From positions 1 to 58,106 of IMG/VR virus record IMGVR_UViG_3300035180_000411: a stretch of 58,106 nt of DNA; one strand, given 5' to 3'. This DNA is from a virus. Taxonomy: Duplodnaviria; Caudoviricetes. The notes beneath the pieces were generated by a model, which worked only from the letters and a program-made list of their open reading frames with translations, had not been told where the DNA came from and ran no database searches. A program made the translations under genes and the position numbers. Below are positions 56,565 through 58,106 of this stretch, piece after piece (the stretch's first letter is position 1; the number at the start of each line of letters is the position of its first letter).

Positions 56565-57475
56565 TGACGGTTAATGTGTATAGATCGACAGACGCCGGGG
56601 CTCCTATTGCAAGTGGTACGGTGGGGTCCCTAATTGCTTTGCTCGATGCTTGTCTCGTAAACGGATACGGGGCTAAGGCAGGAGCTGGGTGGACTAAGGA
56701 GTTTTCCGGTACTAACCTAGCTGCATATAAAAACGCTTCTAACATGTCGCAAGCGTACTACCGGGTAGACCATACCACCGCCACCAGTCCAAAGGTGGTC
56801 GGGTATGAAGCCATGACAGATATAAACACGGGGACAGGCCCGTTCCCCACTTCGACCCAAGTATCTGGGGGGATGGTCATGCAAACATCAACATCTGCGG
56901 ATTCTACTCCTAGATGGTGGACTATCGTAGCATCTCAGAACATTGCTTACATCCTTATCAATCCTACAAGCAATCTCGTCACTAATACCAGTGTTGGCGT
57001 ATACTGTTTTGGAGCATTTAACTCCTACATGGTAAATGACGCTTACAATAACTTTATAAGTGGATCAGGGGGTGATTATACTAGCTCTGTTATGGATAAC
57101 GCTATATCCAGCATTTCGTCTGCCAATAGTAGCTCTTATTGCCCACGGTCGTATACTCAGACAGGCAGCAGCGTTGCGGTAGGAAAGCACGGAGATACAG
57201 CTAAAGCAAATAGTGCGGCTACTGTTTTTGGGGTAGGAAGTTCCGGGGGTACTTACCCTAACCCTGTGGATGGTTCTATGGTTATATCCCCTCTCTACTT
57301 ACATGAAATAAATGTAGTTCGTGGAATTTTTCCTGGTTTTTGGTTCCCTTGCCATAACAAGCCACTAGTTACAAATGACACATTAACAGGTACGGGTCCT
57401 CTCTCAGGTAAGACCTTAGAAGCGTTCACTACTTATCGGGGTCAGATTTTACTAGAAACTTCGAGCACTTGGTGA
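56564..57475 (+). CDS. Tail-associated protein
   Basis: YRSTDAGAP...GSLIALLDACLVNGYG..AGWT, YPNPVDG, RGIFPG. Confidence 0.6.
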   Translation: MTVNVYRSTDAGAPIASGTVGSLIALLDACLVNGYGAKAGAGWTKEFSGTNLAAYKNASNMSQAYYRVDHTTATSPKVVGYEAMTDINTGTGPFPTSTQVSGGMVMQTSTSADSTPRWWTIVASQNIAYILINPTSNLVTNTSVGVYCFGAFNSYMVNDAYNNFISGSGGDYTSSVMDNAISSISSANSSSYCPRSYTQTGSSVAVGKHGDTAKANSAATVFGVGSSGGTYPNPVDGSMVISPLYLHEINVVRGIFPGFWFPCHNKPLVTNDTLTGTGPLSGKTLEAFTTYRGQILLETSSTW

Positions 57476-57482
57476 GGTTAGT

Positions 57483-57692
57483 ATGGCGGACTACGGGGCT
57501 ATAGGAAAGACTTATCAACTAGGATATGACAGGGTCCTTGGTGGGGCCGCCGCTCTTCCAAATTATATGGGCGTGAATCTTCGGGTTTATAGTCCCTTTG
57601 ACAATAGTCCGGTGCAAGGGATTATAGCCAGATCAGAGCTCACTAGGTACATCAAGTCAGAGTATATCGCTGGGTTTAGGGTGCATAAGTAA
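57483..57692 (+). CDS. Small hypothetical protein
   Basis: GAGG SD; 69 aa. Confidence 0.45.
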   Translation: MADYGAIGKTYQLGYDRVLGGAAALPNYMGVNLRVYSPFDNSPVQGIIARSELTRYIKSEYIAGFRVHK

Positions 57693-57694
57693 AC

Positions 57695-57955
57695 ATGGTT
57701 ATTAAACAACGACTTCTTAATTTACTCGTCGCTGTCGATCAGTTACTATGGGTTACTCTAACGTTTGGTGAGGGTATGCCTGATGAAACTATTAGTGCGG
57801 CGTTATACCGCATGGAGCGTGAGGGAAGACCCTCTGGAAAGCTGCTGCGGCCATTTGTTGACGTGCTGTTTAGCCCGTTTGAGCACGATCACTGTAAATT
57901 GAGCTTTGAATCCGAGCTACGTGGTACACAATTACCGCCGGAGTATCGGCAATGA
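57695..57955 (+). CDS. Conserved-type small phage protein upstream of the lysis module
   Basis: NLLVAVDQL...PDETISA...VDVLF...DHC. Confidence 0.6.
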   Translation: MVIKQRLLNLLVAVDQLLWVTLTFGEGMPDETISAALYRMEREGRPSGKLLRPFVDVLFSPFEHDHCKLSFESELRGTQLPPEYRQ

Positions 57956-57982
57956 CAGAATTACATAATAGAAGGGCCGCTG

Positions 57983-58106
57983 ACGTGTCACAAGATAAGA
58001 TACTTGTTCTTATTGAGCAAGCCAATGATCCAAAAGACCGCGCGTTTCTGATCGTCCTCCAGCAGATCAACGAATCGCTGATCGCCAACACCCGTATCAT
58101 CAACGA
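57983..58106 (+). repeat. Terminal direct repeat copy 2
   Basis: Identical to 1-124. Confidence 0.95.

Noticed and set aside
57983-58106. 124-bp terminal repeat as a biological direct terminal repeat
   Set aside because: It falls inside a gene that reads through the junction, and its size fits an assembler overlap of a circular contig.

Overview
The window is an apparently complete, circularly permuted genome (about 57,982 bp unique; bases 1-124 recur at 57983-58106) of a tailed dsDNA phage, most likely a podovirus infecting a Gram-negative host (Rz/Rz1 spanins, sigma70-type promoters, IHF-consensus sites). The + strand arm runs from the terminase (47060) through many tail/appendage genes, across the contig junction into a lysis cassette, then further virion genes, portal, scaffold, major capsid, adaptor and large internal proteins (to 25253). 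The - strand arm (46140 down to 25283) carries early genes, a peptidase-containing operon, dCMP deaminase, a family-A DNA polymerase, a Cas4-like PD-(D/E)XK nuclease interrupted by a Gly-initiated class-3-type LAGLIDADG intein, VRR-NUC, SNF2 helicase, an SSB-like protein, an HTH protein and a primase-helicase. I saw no integrase, RNA polymerase, tRNA, reverse transcriptase or CRISPR array. Main leads: (1) five small proteins in the peptidase operon share a C-terminal (N/D)P-x-x-x-L-F-(S/T/V)-stop-like tail; (2) the first early gene resembles Csx20/Crn1-type ring nucleases; (3) a ~600-nt hairpin-rich, terminator-closed region without a convincing ORF may be a large ncRNA; (4) an iteron/IHF-rich origin-like region; (5) the atypical intein. 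All family assignments come from motif recognition by eye; no searches were run.
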